DNA from: a bacterium
Lineage (GTDB): Bacteria > Zixibacteria > MSB-5A5 > GN15 > FEB-12
Reading direction: 5' to 3'
NCBI GenBank assembly: GCA_024230675.1
Contig: JAAERE010000194.1
Span: 1 to 50,772 of the forward strand
Length of the DNA: 50,772 bases
The position numbers and the translations under genes were made by a program. Below, in pieces: positions 11,288 to 18,910 of this stretch (the first letter of the stretch is position 1; the number at the start of each line of letters is the position of its first letter). Below the pieces are notes generated by a model that worked only from the letters and a program-made list of their open reading frames with translations, did no database searches and was not told the DNA's origin.

Positions 11288-12006
11288 TACATAGCTTCCT
11301 TCTTGGCGCGGGCGATGAAATCGAGGACAAAACTGAAACCGGAGTTATTGATGTACTTCAGCCGGTTGTTGGCCCAGTTGTATGCGATGACGGCGGGAAT
11401 AGCGGCTCCCAGACCGACGATCGTCGCGAGCAGAGCCTCGGCGATACCCGGCGCGACCACAGCCAGCGAGGCCGAGCCGCGTTCACCAATCGACCAAAAC
11501 GAATCCATGATACCTACAACCGTACCCAGCAGGCCCAGGAAGGGTGCGGAGCTGCCGGTCGTGGCGAGGAATACCACTTTCTTTTCCAGGATACCGGTTT
11601 CATCGTTGAGCCGGCGTTCCATGGCCATCTCGACGAGCTCAAAATCGCTGTCGGTTAGCGCATTGACTCGATCGCTAAGCCCGCCGACCTCATTCCTCAG
11701 GCCCTTAACGGTGTTCAGTTCCTCGAAACCGGACCTGAAAATGTTGGCCAGGGGAGAGTGGCGGTAGGACTGGGCCTGTCCGGCCACTTCGTCGAGTTTT
11801 CGCGCCCGCCGGAAATACTGCATGAAATTCCGGGTGTCGCCGTCGATCGCCCTGAACTGGCGGAATTTCTGGAAAATCACGGTCCAGGAGACCAGGGACA
11901 TGGCCACCAGAATGACCAGGATTATGGCGCCGAAAGTCGACAGTTGGCCAATAATCTGCCACAGCGATCCGGTAGCCAGAAGCACAGAAGTTAAAAGTAT
12001 CGTCAT
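11287..12006 (-). CDS. tolQ: MotA/TolQ/ExbB proton-channel protein TolQ
   Basis: Three TM segments and the conserved block LATTGSSAPFLGLLGTVVGIM..F. The ATG at 12006 gives 239 aa. The ORF-track start at 12072 is a GTG with no SD. Confidence 0.88.
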   Translation of the reverse strand: MTILLTSVLLATGSLWQIIGQLSTFGAIILVILVAMSLVSWTVIFQKFRQFRAIDGDTRNFMQYFRRARKLDEVAGQAQSYRHSPLANIFRSGFEELNTVKGLRNEVGGLSDRVNALTDSDFELVEMAMERRLNDETGILEKKVVFLATTGSSAPFLGLLGTVVGIMDSFWSIGERGSASLAVVAPGIAEALLATIVGLGAAIPAVIAYNWANNRLKYINNSGFSFVLDFIARAKKEAM

Positions 12007-12099
12007 ACTCGTTGTACAACCGTCTGAGTCTAAAAGTTTGTAACACTGTCGTCGAGGGAAAACATTTCCCACAGAGGAAATAACTTATCGGGAAGCGCC

Positions 12100-12127
12100 T
12101 TGATAATCAACAAAAACAGCCTTTCAA
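12100..12127 (-). promoter_or_regulatory. possible tol operon promoter (TTGAAA-16-TATCAA)
   Basis: Reverse strand: TTGAAA (12127..12122), a 16-nt spacer, TATCAA (12105..12100). An alternative, TTGATT-17-TAAGTT, lies just downstream. Confidence 0.3.
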
Positions 12128-12161
12128 CGGTGCACAGCACCACATTTGGCCAACATTAAGC

Positions 12162-12189
12162 TTGACGTAGATTGCAGCCCGGGTATTTT
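12162..12189 (+). promoter_or_regulatory. sigma70-type promoter candidate (AGCTTGACG-16-TATTTT)
   Basis: TTGACG at 12162..12167 and TATTTT at 12184..12189. It shares the AGCTTGAC extended -35 motif seen at other promoters in this window. Confidence 0.4.
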
Positions 12190-12237
12190 AGGCCCGTTAA
12201 CGTAAACTCTTATCGAGATATTCCCGGAGGAGGGGAA

Positions 12238-12489
12238 ATGAAGAAGTTACTCGTACTCGCACTGTGCCTCCTGTTTGCGTCCTCGTTTATGTTCGGTTGT
12301 GGCAAACAGGAAACCGGCGAAGACACTGAACCGGCGGCCGGCGGACACCCGGAAGAAACAGCTGACACTACTCGCCTGGACTCTGCAATGGAAGCAGTTG
12401 ACTCCATGGTCGGGGAAGCCGCCGACGAAGCTGCCGAGGCTGTGGAAGGCGCGGCAGAGGAAGTGGTGGAGGAAGTTACGGGTCACTAG
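12238..12489 (+). CDS. small acidic lipoprotein, hypothetical
   Basis: The ATG at 12238 follows the SD GGAGGAGGGG. Signal peptide plus lipobox MKKLLVLALCLLFASSFMFGC. The mature part is Glu/Ala/Asp-rich. Confidence 0.7.
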   Translation: MKKLLVLALCLLFASSFMFGCGKQETGEDTEPAAGGHPEETADTTRLDSAMEAVDSMVGEAADEAAEAVEGAAEEVVEEVTGH

Positions 12490-12546
12490 TCCTGAAGGGT
12501 TAACCCTTTTCCGGCTTAGCGTACCTGGGCAACGAATCTGAAGCTC

Positions 12547-12578
12547 AAAGGGCCTCTCACATGTGTGAGAGGCCCTTT
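12547..12578. terminator. bidirectional intrinsic terminator between convergent genes
   Basis: Perfect palindrome AAAGGGCCTCTCACA/TGTGAGAGGCCCTTT, with an A-run on one side and a T-run on the other. Confidence 0.75.
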
Positions 12579-12602
12579 CTCTATTCGACAGAAACTGAAA
12601 AT

Positions 12603-13724
12603 CTAGTCTTCGATCATCTCGACGTTGGCGCGGGGAACCGTCGCGCGCTCGCCGCCGTCGAACTCAACCTCGAGTACACGAGCTTTCGACTCCGATTCCA
12701 AAACGTGCAGCGGCGACGGCAGGTCGGTCACGGCCCCTAGCCTGCCGAAGTACGGGTGGCGAATCACACGGATAGCGGAGCCGATCGTCAGACCGACGAT
12801 CTCACCGCTACCGGCGTCCTCGGTCTTGTCGGCGTCGATCTTCGGAACGACCACTTCGGGGCGTATGACACCGGCGCGAATCTGCGTGGCGCCGTTAATA
12901 CAAGCCATCTCACCCTCGTGATGTTTCAGCAGCTCGAACGTTTTATGGGCCATGTTAATTTCACCAAAACCTTCGGTCACCACCAGCGTAGTGGTCGTGT
13001 CCTCGGATCCGGTAATAGCGACTCCGATATCGTAGCCGAGGAAGTCTCTGAGGTCCTGGTCGTCGAATCCGCCGACCACGATTCCGCGAACACCAGCCTT
13101 GATAGCCTTCTTGAGGCCGTTGGCTGTCACGCGCGAGCCGCCGACTATGATCTTGCCGGCCATGTCCTCGGTTATCAACTTTTCGTTGAGGATCACGGTG
13201 TTGTCCTGCGTGGCTACGTGAAGCGGCCCGTTGGTCTCGCCACCAATACCGAAAATGCCCTGAACGAACGAGCCGGTGCATTTCACCACGACACCTTCGT
13301 TGGGAATGACTTCGGTGACTTCGCCCTGGAGGTACGCCTTGACCTCAACCGGTGAAGGCTCGCCGCGCTGAAGAACCTGCCCAGTGATGCTCGAGATGGA
13401 CTCGATAGTACCGTCGATAGTCGCGTGACAGTAATTCTTGAAGATGAACAAGGTTTTGGACAGTGCGATCTCTTCGCCCTTCTTGATCGGGTCGCCCGGT
13501 TTTTTGAGCATGACCATATCGATGTCTTCGGGCGGAATTCCCAGTTTGTTGGCGATGTTGATCGGCACCACGTTTCCGGGCAGCACCGTACGCGCAACAA
13601 CATCGTCCGGCTTGACCTGATCGCCGACCTTGACAATCACGTCTCCTTTGAGCGGGAGGATGCGGCGCTTTTCCACCAGCTGTTGTTCGGTGACTTTAAG
13701 TCCCGGCGTATATGCGTGGCCCAT
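12603..13724 (-). CDS. hypothetical protein with an N-terminal barrel-sandwich (biotinyl/lipoyl-like hybrid) segment; last gene of the GlmL-like operon
   Basis: 373 aa with a strong SD AAGAGGAG before the ATG at 13724. The N-terminus KGDVIVKVGDQVKPDDVVAR resembles hybrid-barrel motifs. The middle, IIVGGSRVTANGLKKAIKAGVRGIVVGG, looks alpha/beta. Family not recognised. Confidence 0.75.
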   Translation of the reverse strand: MGHAYTPGLKVTEQQLVEKRRILPLKGDVIVKVGDQVKPDDVVARTVLPGNVVPINIANKLGIPPEDIDMVMLKKPGDPIKKGEEIALSKTLFIFKNYCHATIDGTIESISSITGQVLQRGEPSPVEVKAYLQGEVTEVIPNEGVVVKCTGSFVQGIFGIGGETNGPLHVATQDNTVILNEKLITEDMAGKIIVGGSRVTANGLKKAIKAGVRGIVVGGFDDQDLRDFLGYDIGVAITGSEDTTTTLVVTEGFGEINMAHKTFELLKHHEGEMACINGATQIRAGVIRPEVVVPKIDADKTEDAGSGEIVGLTIGSAIRVIRHPYFGRLGAVTDLPSPLHVLESESKARVLEVEFDGGERATVPRANVEMIED

Positions 13725-13738
13725 AAAACTCCTCTTAA

Positions 13739-13766
13739 CTGCTTATCTGCTTATCTGCTTATCTGC
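13739..13766. repeat. 3.5 tandem copies of the 8-mer CTGCTTAT (reverse strand GCAGATAA) in an intercistronic gap
   Basis: Read directly: ctgcttat ctgcttat ctgcttat ctgc. It lies immediately 5' of the SD of the 12603..13724 gene on the reverse strand. Confidence 0.95.
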
Positions 13767-13782
13767 AAAACGAATATTCAAG

Positions 13783-14535
13783 TTACTTTCTTTTTCTCTG
13801 TCGTATCCTGACCATGACGAGGCACAACAGGATCACAGTCAGACCGCCGTACAGGACAAGGTCGTTGGTCGATTCCGAGGACCCCCGGGACTCCAGGTCG
13901 GCGACTTTTACGTCAGCGTCTTCGCTTCCGACCTCTTCGGTCGAGAACGAGGTCAGCATTTCCGAGAACGAGCCCAGCCCCTCTGTGAGCAGGGAGTCCG
14001 GGCCGTAATAGTAGAAATTGGCAATGCCGCGATCGTAAAACCTCTGTACGAGAACGTTCTTCCTCGGGGCGCCGCCCTCTTCGGTGACATCGCTCATGGC
14101 GGCCAGGGTCTGCAACTCGCTGTCGAAGCCGACTATCTCTTCCGACAGGTCAGCGGTCAGCGAGGCCAGCTTTATCTCTTTCAGTTCACGTCCGAGACTC
14201 TGGACAATAACCCCGATCGCCGAGTCAATCTGCGGCTGAGTCAGGGAGCCCGAAGTGTCGATAGTGAGAATTACATAAACGCCTTCAAACACGGACGGCG
14301 AGTCCTTGGCGGCAAAAACCGCCTCGTAGTTGAGATTACCGGTCGCCTGACGGATATAGTAGTCGGCCGTCTGATAGTCCACTTGCTCCCAATTGTCGGG
14401 ACAGCTGATGTGGAAACCGCCGTTGTAGCTGACAAAAGTCTCGGCCAACCCGTTGGCAGTCAGCAGAAACGTCAGAGCCAGCGCCAGATGCAGCCAGTTT
14501 CTTACTATAGACGTTCGTGATCTCATGCTTCGCAT
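13783..14535 (-). CDS. hypothetical exported protein with a C-terminal membrane anchor
   Basis: N-terminal signal peptide (WLHLALALTFLLTANGLA), a ~200-aa soluble part, and a C-terminal TM (LVLYGGLTVILLCLVMV) followed by RIRQRKRK. Confidence 0.7.
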   Translation of the reverse strand: MRSMRSRTSIVRNWLHLALALTFLLTANGLAETFVSYNGGFHISCPDNWEQVDYQTADYYIRQATGNLNYEAVFAAKDSPSVFEGVYVILTIDTSGSLTQPQIDSAIGVIVQSLGRELKEIKLASLTADLSEEIVGFDSELQTLAAMSDVTEEGGAPRKNVLVQRFYDRGIANFYYYGPDSLLTEGLGSFSEMLTSFSTEEVGSEDADVKVADLESRGSSESTNDLVLYGGLTVILLCLVMVRIRQRKRK

Positions 14536-14553
14536 TCCCTCCGGGGACCGTTC

Positions 14554-16407
14554 CTAGGCCATGGCTTCCTTCGGATAAATGTCCATCTCCGTCATCCACT
14601 TCCTGAGATAGGAAACGCGTTCCTTCTCGTCCAGGGAAGACAGGTCAAACGGACGACCGCGGCCGTCGAGTACGATTCCGACCACGCCGCCGTAGATTTC
14701 GCGGGTGACGGCGTTGCCTTTGCCGCCGCCTATGTCAAAGCCGCGTTCCGGCTCGAAAGTCGCTTTGACCTTAATGGGCAGGCCGTTGTCCTGAACGCCC
14801 AGCTTGAACAGCTTCAGTTCCAGGTAGTCGAGCGTGCCGGACACCGGGCCGTCTGGCATTTCTATCGTGTACTTCATCACCGGGCCGGCTTTTTTAGCCT
14901 GACCCGCTGGGGCGATACAAGTGCCGAGATGAATCAGGCAGTCTTTTTCGAACACTTCGGTAGCCGCTTTGGGCTGTACCTCGGTCAGAACGCCCAACTG
15001 GGGCATCATGAAAATAGAGTCCACGGCCAGGCGGGTGATACCCTCCGGCATAAAAGCGTCCATCATCATGAGAGCCGACTGTTGCCGGCGAGGGGCGTGA
15101 GACAACACACCGCCCGACCCGATGAGCATATCCAGGGTCATCATGTTTACAATCGTCGCGCCGGAGGACGACTGCTCGAAAGCATCGGCGATAGTCCGCT
15201 GCTGCTGCACGCCTTTCAACACCGTGGCAAAAGACTTGTGCTGCACAAACGCGAGGCGCAGAGCCTCCTTGGCGATCGCCTGCTCGAATATCAACTCTTC
15301 CATCGACTGCGGTATCGTAGTCGGACGGATCATTTTGTTTTTTACGCGGTTGCGGAGGTCGCGCTCGTCCATTTCAAAAGGCACCCAGCGCATAACCATC
15401 GGTAGCGTAGCCTCGGCGAACACGTTTGAGATCGAGTAAGACATGCCCAGGTTAGCTGACACCGTCCGGTTGAATTCGCCGTTGGTGCCGTCGGGGCGGA
15501 AAACCGAGAAGACGTCGGTAGTGGCGCCGCCGATGTCAACCCCGACCGCCTCAATACCGTACTGGTCGGCGATAGTCTGAATAATAAGGCCCACGGCGCC
15601 GGGGGTCGGCATAATCGGGGCGTCGGCCCAGGACATCAGCTTCTTGTAGCCGGGGGCCTGCGCCATGACGTGTTCCATGAAAAGCTCGTGGATTTCTTCA
15701 CGGGCCGGAGCCAGGTTTTCCAATTCCAATACCGGTCGCAGGTTGTCGACGGTGCGAAGATCCACTTTGTCGGCGAGAACGTCGGACACCAATTTGGCTG
15801 CATCTTTGTTTCCGGCGTAGATGATTGGAAGTTGATAGCTGGAACCTAGACGGGGACGAGGGTCGGCTGCCGATATTAATTCGGCAAGTTCGACGACGTG
15901 AGTGGTGGTGCCGCCGTCGATACCCCCCGAAAGCAGGAGCATGTCGGGGCGCAGTTGGCGAATGCGCTCGATCTGCTGGTGCGGCAGGCGCTTGTCGTTG
16001 GAGGCAATTACGTCCATCACGATAGCGCCGGCGCCCAGAGCGGCACGCTCGGCCGATTCCGCCGTCATGGAACGAACCACACCGGCCACCATCATCTGGA
16101 GACCGCCACCGGCCGAGGAGGTGGAGATGTAGACGTCGGTGCCGTTCTTCCCGTTGGCCGGGGAGATGAACTTGCCGTCTTCGTCCAACAGCTTGCGTCC
16201 GGAGAGTTCTTCCAGCTCACCCACTGCGTTCAAAACGCCCATCGTCACGTCTTCGAAAGGAGCTTCCACGGTCGTGGGAGCTTCGCCGCGCGACATGAGA
16301 CGATACTCGCCGTTGACGAATTCGATGAGAATCGCTTTAGTGGTAGTGGAGCCACAGTCGGTGGCCACAATTACTTTGATGTCATGTGCATTTTCAAACT
16401 TTGCCAT
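14554..16407 (-). CDS. GlmL/MutL-family protein (actin/Hsp70-fold ASKHA superfamily), 617 aa
   Basis: N-terminal phosphate-1-like motif VIVATDCGSTTTKAILIE. Then SSAGGGLQMMVAGVV..TAESAERAALGAGA and LLLSGGIDGGT, as in the clostridial glutamate mutase accessory protein GlmL. It is longer than the classical ~460-aa GlmL. Confidence 0.75.
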   Translation of the reverse strand: MAKFENAHDIKVIVATDCGSTTTKAILIEFVNGEYRLMSRGEAPTTVEAPFEDVTMGVLNAVGELEELSGRKLLDEDGKFISPANGKNGTDVYISTSSAGGGLQMMVAGVVRSMTAESAERAALGAGAIVMDVIASNDKRLPHQQIERIRQLRPDMLLLSGGIDGGTTTHVVELAELISAADPRPRLGSSYQLPIIYAGNKDAAKLVSDVLADKVDLRTVDNLRPVLELENLAPAREEIHELFMEHVMAQAPGYKKLMSWADAPIMPTPGAVGLIIQTIADQYGIEAVGVDIGGATTDVFSVFRPDGTNGEFNRTVSANLGMSYSISNVFAEATLPMVMRWVPFEMDERDLRNRVKNKMIRPTTIPQSMEELIFEQAIAKEALRLAFVQHKSFATVLKGVQQQRTIADAFEQSSSGATIVNMMTLDMLIGSGGVLSHAPRRQQSALMMMDAFMPEGITRLAVDSIFMMPQLGVLTEVQPKAATEVFEKDCLIHLGTCIAPAGQAKKAGPVMKYTIEMPDGPVSGTLDYLELKLFKLGVQDNGLPIKVKATFEPERGFDIGGGKGNAVTREIYGGVVGIVLDGRGRPFDLSSLDEKERVSYLRKWMTEMDIYPKEAMA

Positions 16408-16518
16408 CTTGCTCTCGCTTTAGAAGCCTTTGTCTTGCGTTCTCGCTAGTCTCTTGTCTCCCAAGAGGCTATGTGCCTCGTTGCGGACCGGATACGAGAA
16501 TTCAGCATTCGGACGGGG

Positions 16519-16547
16519 ATTATAATACAATGTGACAGGCTTGTAAA
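16519..16547 (-). promoter_or_regulatory. sigma70-type promoter candidate for the GlmL-like operon (TTTACA-17-TATAAT)
   Basis: Reverse strand: TTTACA (16547..16542), an exactly 17-nt spacer, consensus TATAAT (16524..16519). It would leave a leader of about 100 nt before the ATG at 16407. Confidence 0.55.
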
Positions 16548-16801
16548 GAGTCATTTTCCCCGCGACCGCAGACCCCCGGCTCACAGTCCCTTAGGGAGTA
16601 CGATCGGTCCCGGATCGGGTCCTCTGATGGCTTTGCGTCGTTGGGGTCATCTGACAAGCCGGGAGTTCTGAGCGGTGTAACATCGACTGATCAGTATTTG
16701 ATGGCACTGCAATGATTAGCGCATCGGGTGGGAGGGTTTGTCGTGTGTTCTCGTAACCGACAGCGGGGGAGTGAGTTGGCTGGTGGGCGCCATTTTTTCG
16801 C

Positions 16802-16830
16802 TTGACTTGCCTTAACGGGCCCGGTAGATT
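16802..16830 (+). promoter_or_regulatory. sigma70-type promoter candidate for the 12-gene operon (GCTTGACT-17-TAGATT)
   Basis: TTGACT at 16802..16807, a 17-nt spacer, TAGATT at 16825..16830. Confidence 0.4.
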
Positions 16831-16873
16831 GCCTGATCTTCTTGAGACCCCTTCGCTTATGGGGCTCTTGAGG

Positions 16874-16902
16874 TTGCCGGGTTTTCCCCGGTTTCGTATA
16901 AT
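16874..16902 (+). promoter_or_regulatory. sigma70-type promoter candidate for the 12-gene operon (TTGCCG-17-TATAAT)
   Basis: TTGCCG at 16874..16879, a 17-nt spacer containing the small palindrome CCGGGTTTTCCCCGG, and consensus TATAAT at 16897..16902. It lies about 100 nt upstream of gene A1. Confidence 0.45.
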
Positions 16903-17017
16903 ATGATTTGATAGCCCGCAGGTTGTTTCGTCACTTCTGAGACACTGAAACAGTTCGCACTTTTGACGGGCAGCTTGGCTTACAACCGGGGAAGAGGATT
17001 TGGATATTTACAGACAG

Positions 17018-18259
17018 ATGTCTCACCGCAGGTGTTCTGCGATGTGCTCCCTCGCCCTTGTTGTCCTCATTTTCATTCTGACAATCGGAAACGCTCTCGC
17101 CCAGGAGGAAGTCCTTCCGCCGGATTCGACGGCCGTCGTTGAAGAGGCCGCCTACGCTCAGCCGGTCCTCAACCTTCAGGCAGAAGACAAGCCCAACGAC
17201 GCCGGCGGTGCCGTGCGAGTCTCCTGGGATGTGTCTACCGATGACGACGGTGATGGCGGTATCATAGGGTATACGATTTATCGAGGAACGGCGGCTGCCG
17301 GTCCGTACGAAGTCGTAGGCCAGGTGCCTTCCGGAAAGTCAGATTTTGATGACGGCAACACGGCAGACAGCCTCACTTACTATTACAAAGTGATTGCGAT
17401 GAACGACGCCTTGTTTAGCGCCGGAGTGACCGAGGTCGAAATGGCCCTGGCGACGACCGCAGGTCCGGTGCAGTCCTCGGAGCAATGGTTTGATTTTCGT
17501 CGTATCAACGTCTTTGCCGGCACCCTGCTGCTCAGCTTCCTTATCATCTTCATGATTTCCCGGGCCAAAGCGGGCAAGAAGCTATTTATCCGCAAGATAG
17601 CCGGTATGGAGGCGGTCGATGAGGCCGTCGGGCGCGCCACGGAGATGGGCAAAAAGATATTCTACGTGCCCGGTATCAACGACATGGACAACGTGCAGAC
17701 AATCGCCAGCATGACGATTCTCGGGCGTGTCGCCGAACTGGCCGGGCAGTACGACACCTGGCTGGAAGTCCCGGTCTGTCGTTCGCTGGTGATGGTAACG
17801 GCCAAGGAAGTGGTCAAAGAAGCTTACACCAAGGTCGGTCGGCCGGACTCATTCCAGGAGAATCAGGTCCATTACCTGACCGATGACCAGTTTGGGTATG
17901 CGGCGGCTATCGACGGCATGGTTGTCCGCGAAAAGCCGGCGACAATTTTCTATATGGGGGCGTTCTTCGCTGAATCGCTGATTCTGGCTGAGACGGGTAA
18001 CGCCACCGGCGCAATTCAAATTGCCGGCACAGCGATGCCCTCACAGCTTCCGTTCTTTGTTGCTTCGTGTGACTACACGCTCATCGGCGAGGAGCTGTTT
18101 GCGGCTTCCGCGTATTTGTCCCGAGAGCCGAAATTGCTCGGTTCGCTAAAAGGGCAGGATATGGGCAAGGCAATTATCCTGGTTTCAATGGTAGTGGGTA
18201 TCATTTTGGAGACATTTGGTATCTGGGAATTCTCACAGTTATTCTCGGTGATTGAATAG
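17018..18259 (+). CDS. cassette 1, family A: signal peptide, FN3-like periplasmic domain, TM, conserved ~200-aa module, C-terminal TM (uncharacterised)
   Basis: FN3-like pattern PVLNLQAEDK..GGAVRVSWDVS..IIGYTIYRG..LTYYYKVIAMND, then TM VFAGTLLLSFLIIFMI. Conserved block KKLFIRKIAGMEAVDEAVGRATEMG...FFAESLILAETG...CDYTLIGEELFAASAYL. Paralogs at 20557 and 24286. The ATG at 17018 gives a clean signal peptide; an alternative TTG start lies at 17000. Confidence 0.85.
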   Translation: MSHRRCSAMCSLALVVLIFILTIGNALAQEEVLPPDSTAVVEEAAYAQPVLNLQAEDKPNDAGGAVRVSWDVSTDDDGDGGIIGYTIYRGTAAAGPYEVVGQVPSGKSDFDDGNTADSLTYYYKVIAMNDALFSAGVTEVEMALATTAGPVQSSEQWFDFRRINVFAGTLLLSFLIIFMISRAKAGKKLFIRKIAGMEAVDEAVGRATEMGKKIFYVPGINDMDNVQTIASMTILGRVAELAGQYDTWLEVPVCRSLVMVTAKEVVKEAYTKVGRPDSFQENQVHYLTDDQFGYAAAIDGMVVREKPATIFYMGAFFAESLILAETGNATGAIQIAGTAMPSQLPFFVASCDYTLIGEELFAASAYLSREPKLLGSLKGQDMGKAIILVSMVVGIILETFGIWEFSQLFSVIE

Positions 18260-18261
18260 TT

Positions 18262-18909
18262 ATGCGCAGAGAGATACCCCTTCTGATAACAGCAATTGCC
18301 GGCGTAGTTTTCGTCGTTCAGTATTTCATTCCTCATTCCCCTTTTAATCATCTTGACGGCTGGTTTTCTGACTGGTTCTCGATTGTCCAGGCCTGCGCTA
18401 TTGTGCTTGGATCGCTGAACCTGCTGATGATCTCGAGTCAGAAGATAGCGAGAAAGAAAGAGGGATGGGGCTACGCTGTCGTGATAATCGTGTCGTTTTT
18501 CCTCATCACGATTATCGGGTTTGCCGGAGGCGAGGAATTCCGCGATGTCGGCACCGGCTTTGATTGGCTCTACAATTACACTTACGTGCCGCTGTCGTCG
18601 ACGATGTACGCCATCCTGGCGTTTTTCGTGGCATCGGCTTCGTACCGGGCCTTCAGGGCTCGCAACGCGGAAGCAACCCTGCTGTTGCTGGCCGCGTTTT
18701 TTGTGATGCTGGGGCGGGTACCGATCGGGGATCTGTTGACAATGTGGATGCCGGAAGGTTTCCGCATGTCGAACCTGGCGACGTGGATCATGGATTTCCC
18801 GCAGACAGCCGGTCAGCGCGCCATTATGATAGGCATCGCGCTCGGCCTGGTCTCGACTTCCCTGAGAGTGATTCTCGGTATCGAACGTTCACATCTGGGA
18901 GGTGAATAA
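18262..18909 (+). CDS. cassette 1, family B: ~6-TM integral membrane protein (uncharacterised)
   Basis: Starts 2 nt after the A1 stop. Conserved blocks STMYAILAFFVASASYRAFRARNAEATLLLLAAF and AGQRAIMIGIALGLVSTSLRVILGIERSHLGG are shared with 21821 and 25898. Confidence 0.85.
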   Translation: MRREIPLLITAIAGVVFVVQYFIPHSPFNHLDGWFSDWFSIVQACAIVLGSLNLLMISSQKIARKKEGWGYAVVIIVSFFLITIIGFAGGEEFRDVGTGFDWLYNYTYVPLSSTMYAILAFFVASASYRAFRARNAEATLLLLAAFFVMLGRVPIGDLLTMWMPEGFRMSNLATWIMDFPQTAGQRAIMIGIALGLVSTSLRVILGIERSHLGGE

Positions 18910-18910
18910 C

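Noticed and set aside
9920-11767. A 615-aa + strand ORF spanning the antisense of tolB, tolA-like, tolR and tolQ.
   Set aside because: It runs antisense across four well-supported genes and their junctions. It has an Arg/Ser/Gly-rich, low-complexity composition and no recognisable motif, SD or promoter. This is a typical shadow ORF of GC-rich coding sequence.
16471-16671. A 66-aa ORF in the large intergenic region.
   Set aside because: It has no SD and a Pro/Arg/Gly-rich composition. It overlaps the reverse-strand promoter candidate, so it is unlikely to be coding.
16408-16999. A riboswitch or housekeeping ncRNA (RNase P, SRP, 6S, tmRNA) in the long leader or intergenic region.
   Set aside because: I scanned by eye for the conserved cores: TPP CUGAGA...ACCUGA, cobalamin GCCACUG, the RNase P GAGGAAAGUCC core, and the SRP GGAA/AGCAG loop. 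None is present. Only an isolated CTGAGA is seen, so no claim is made.
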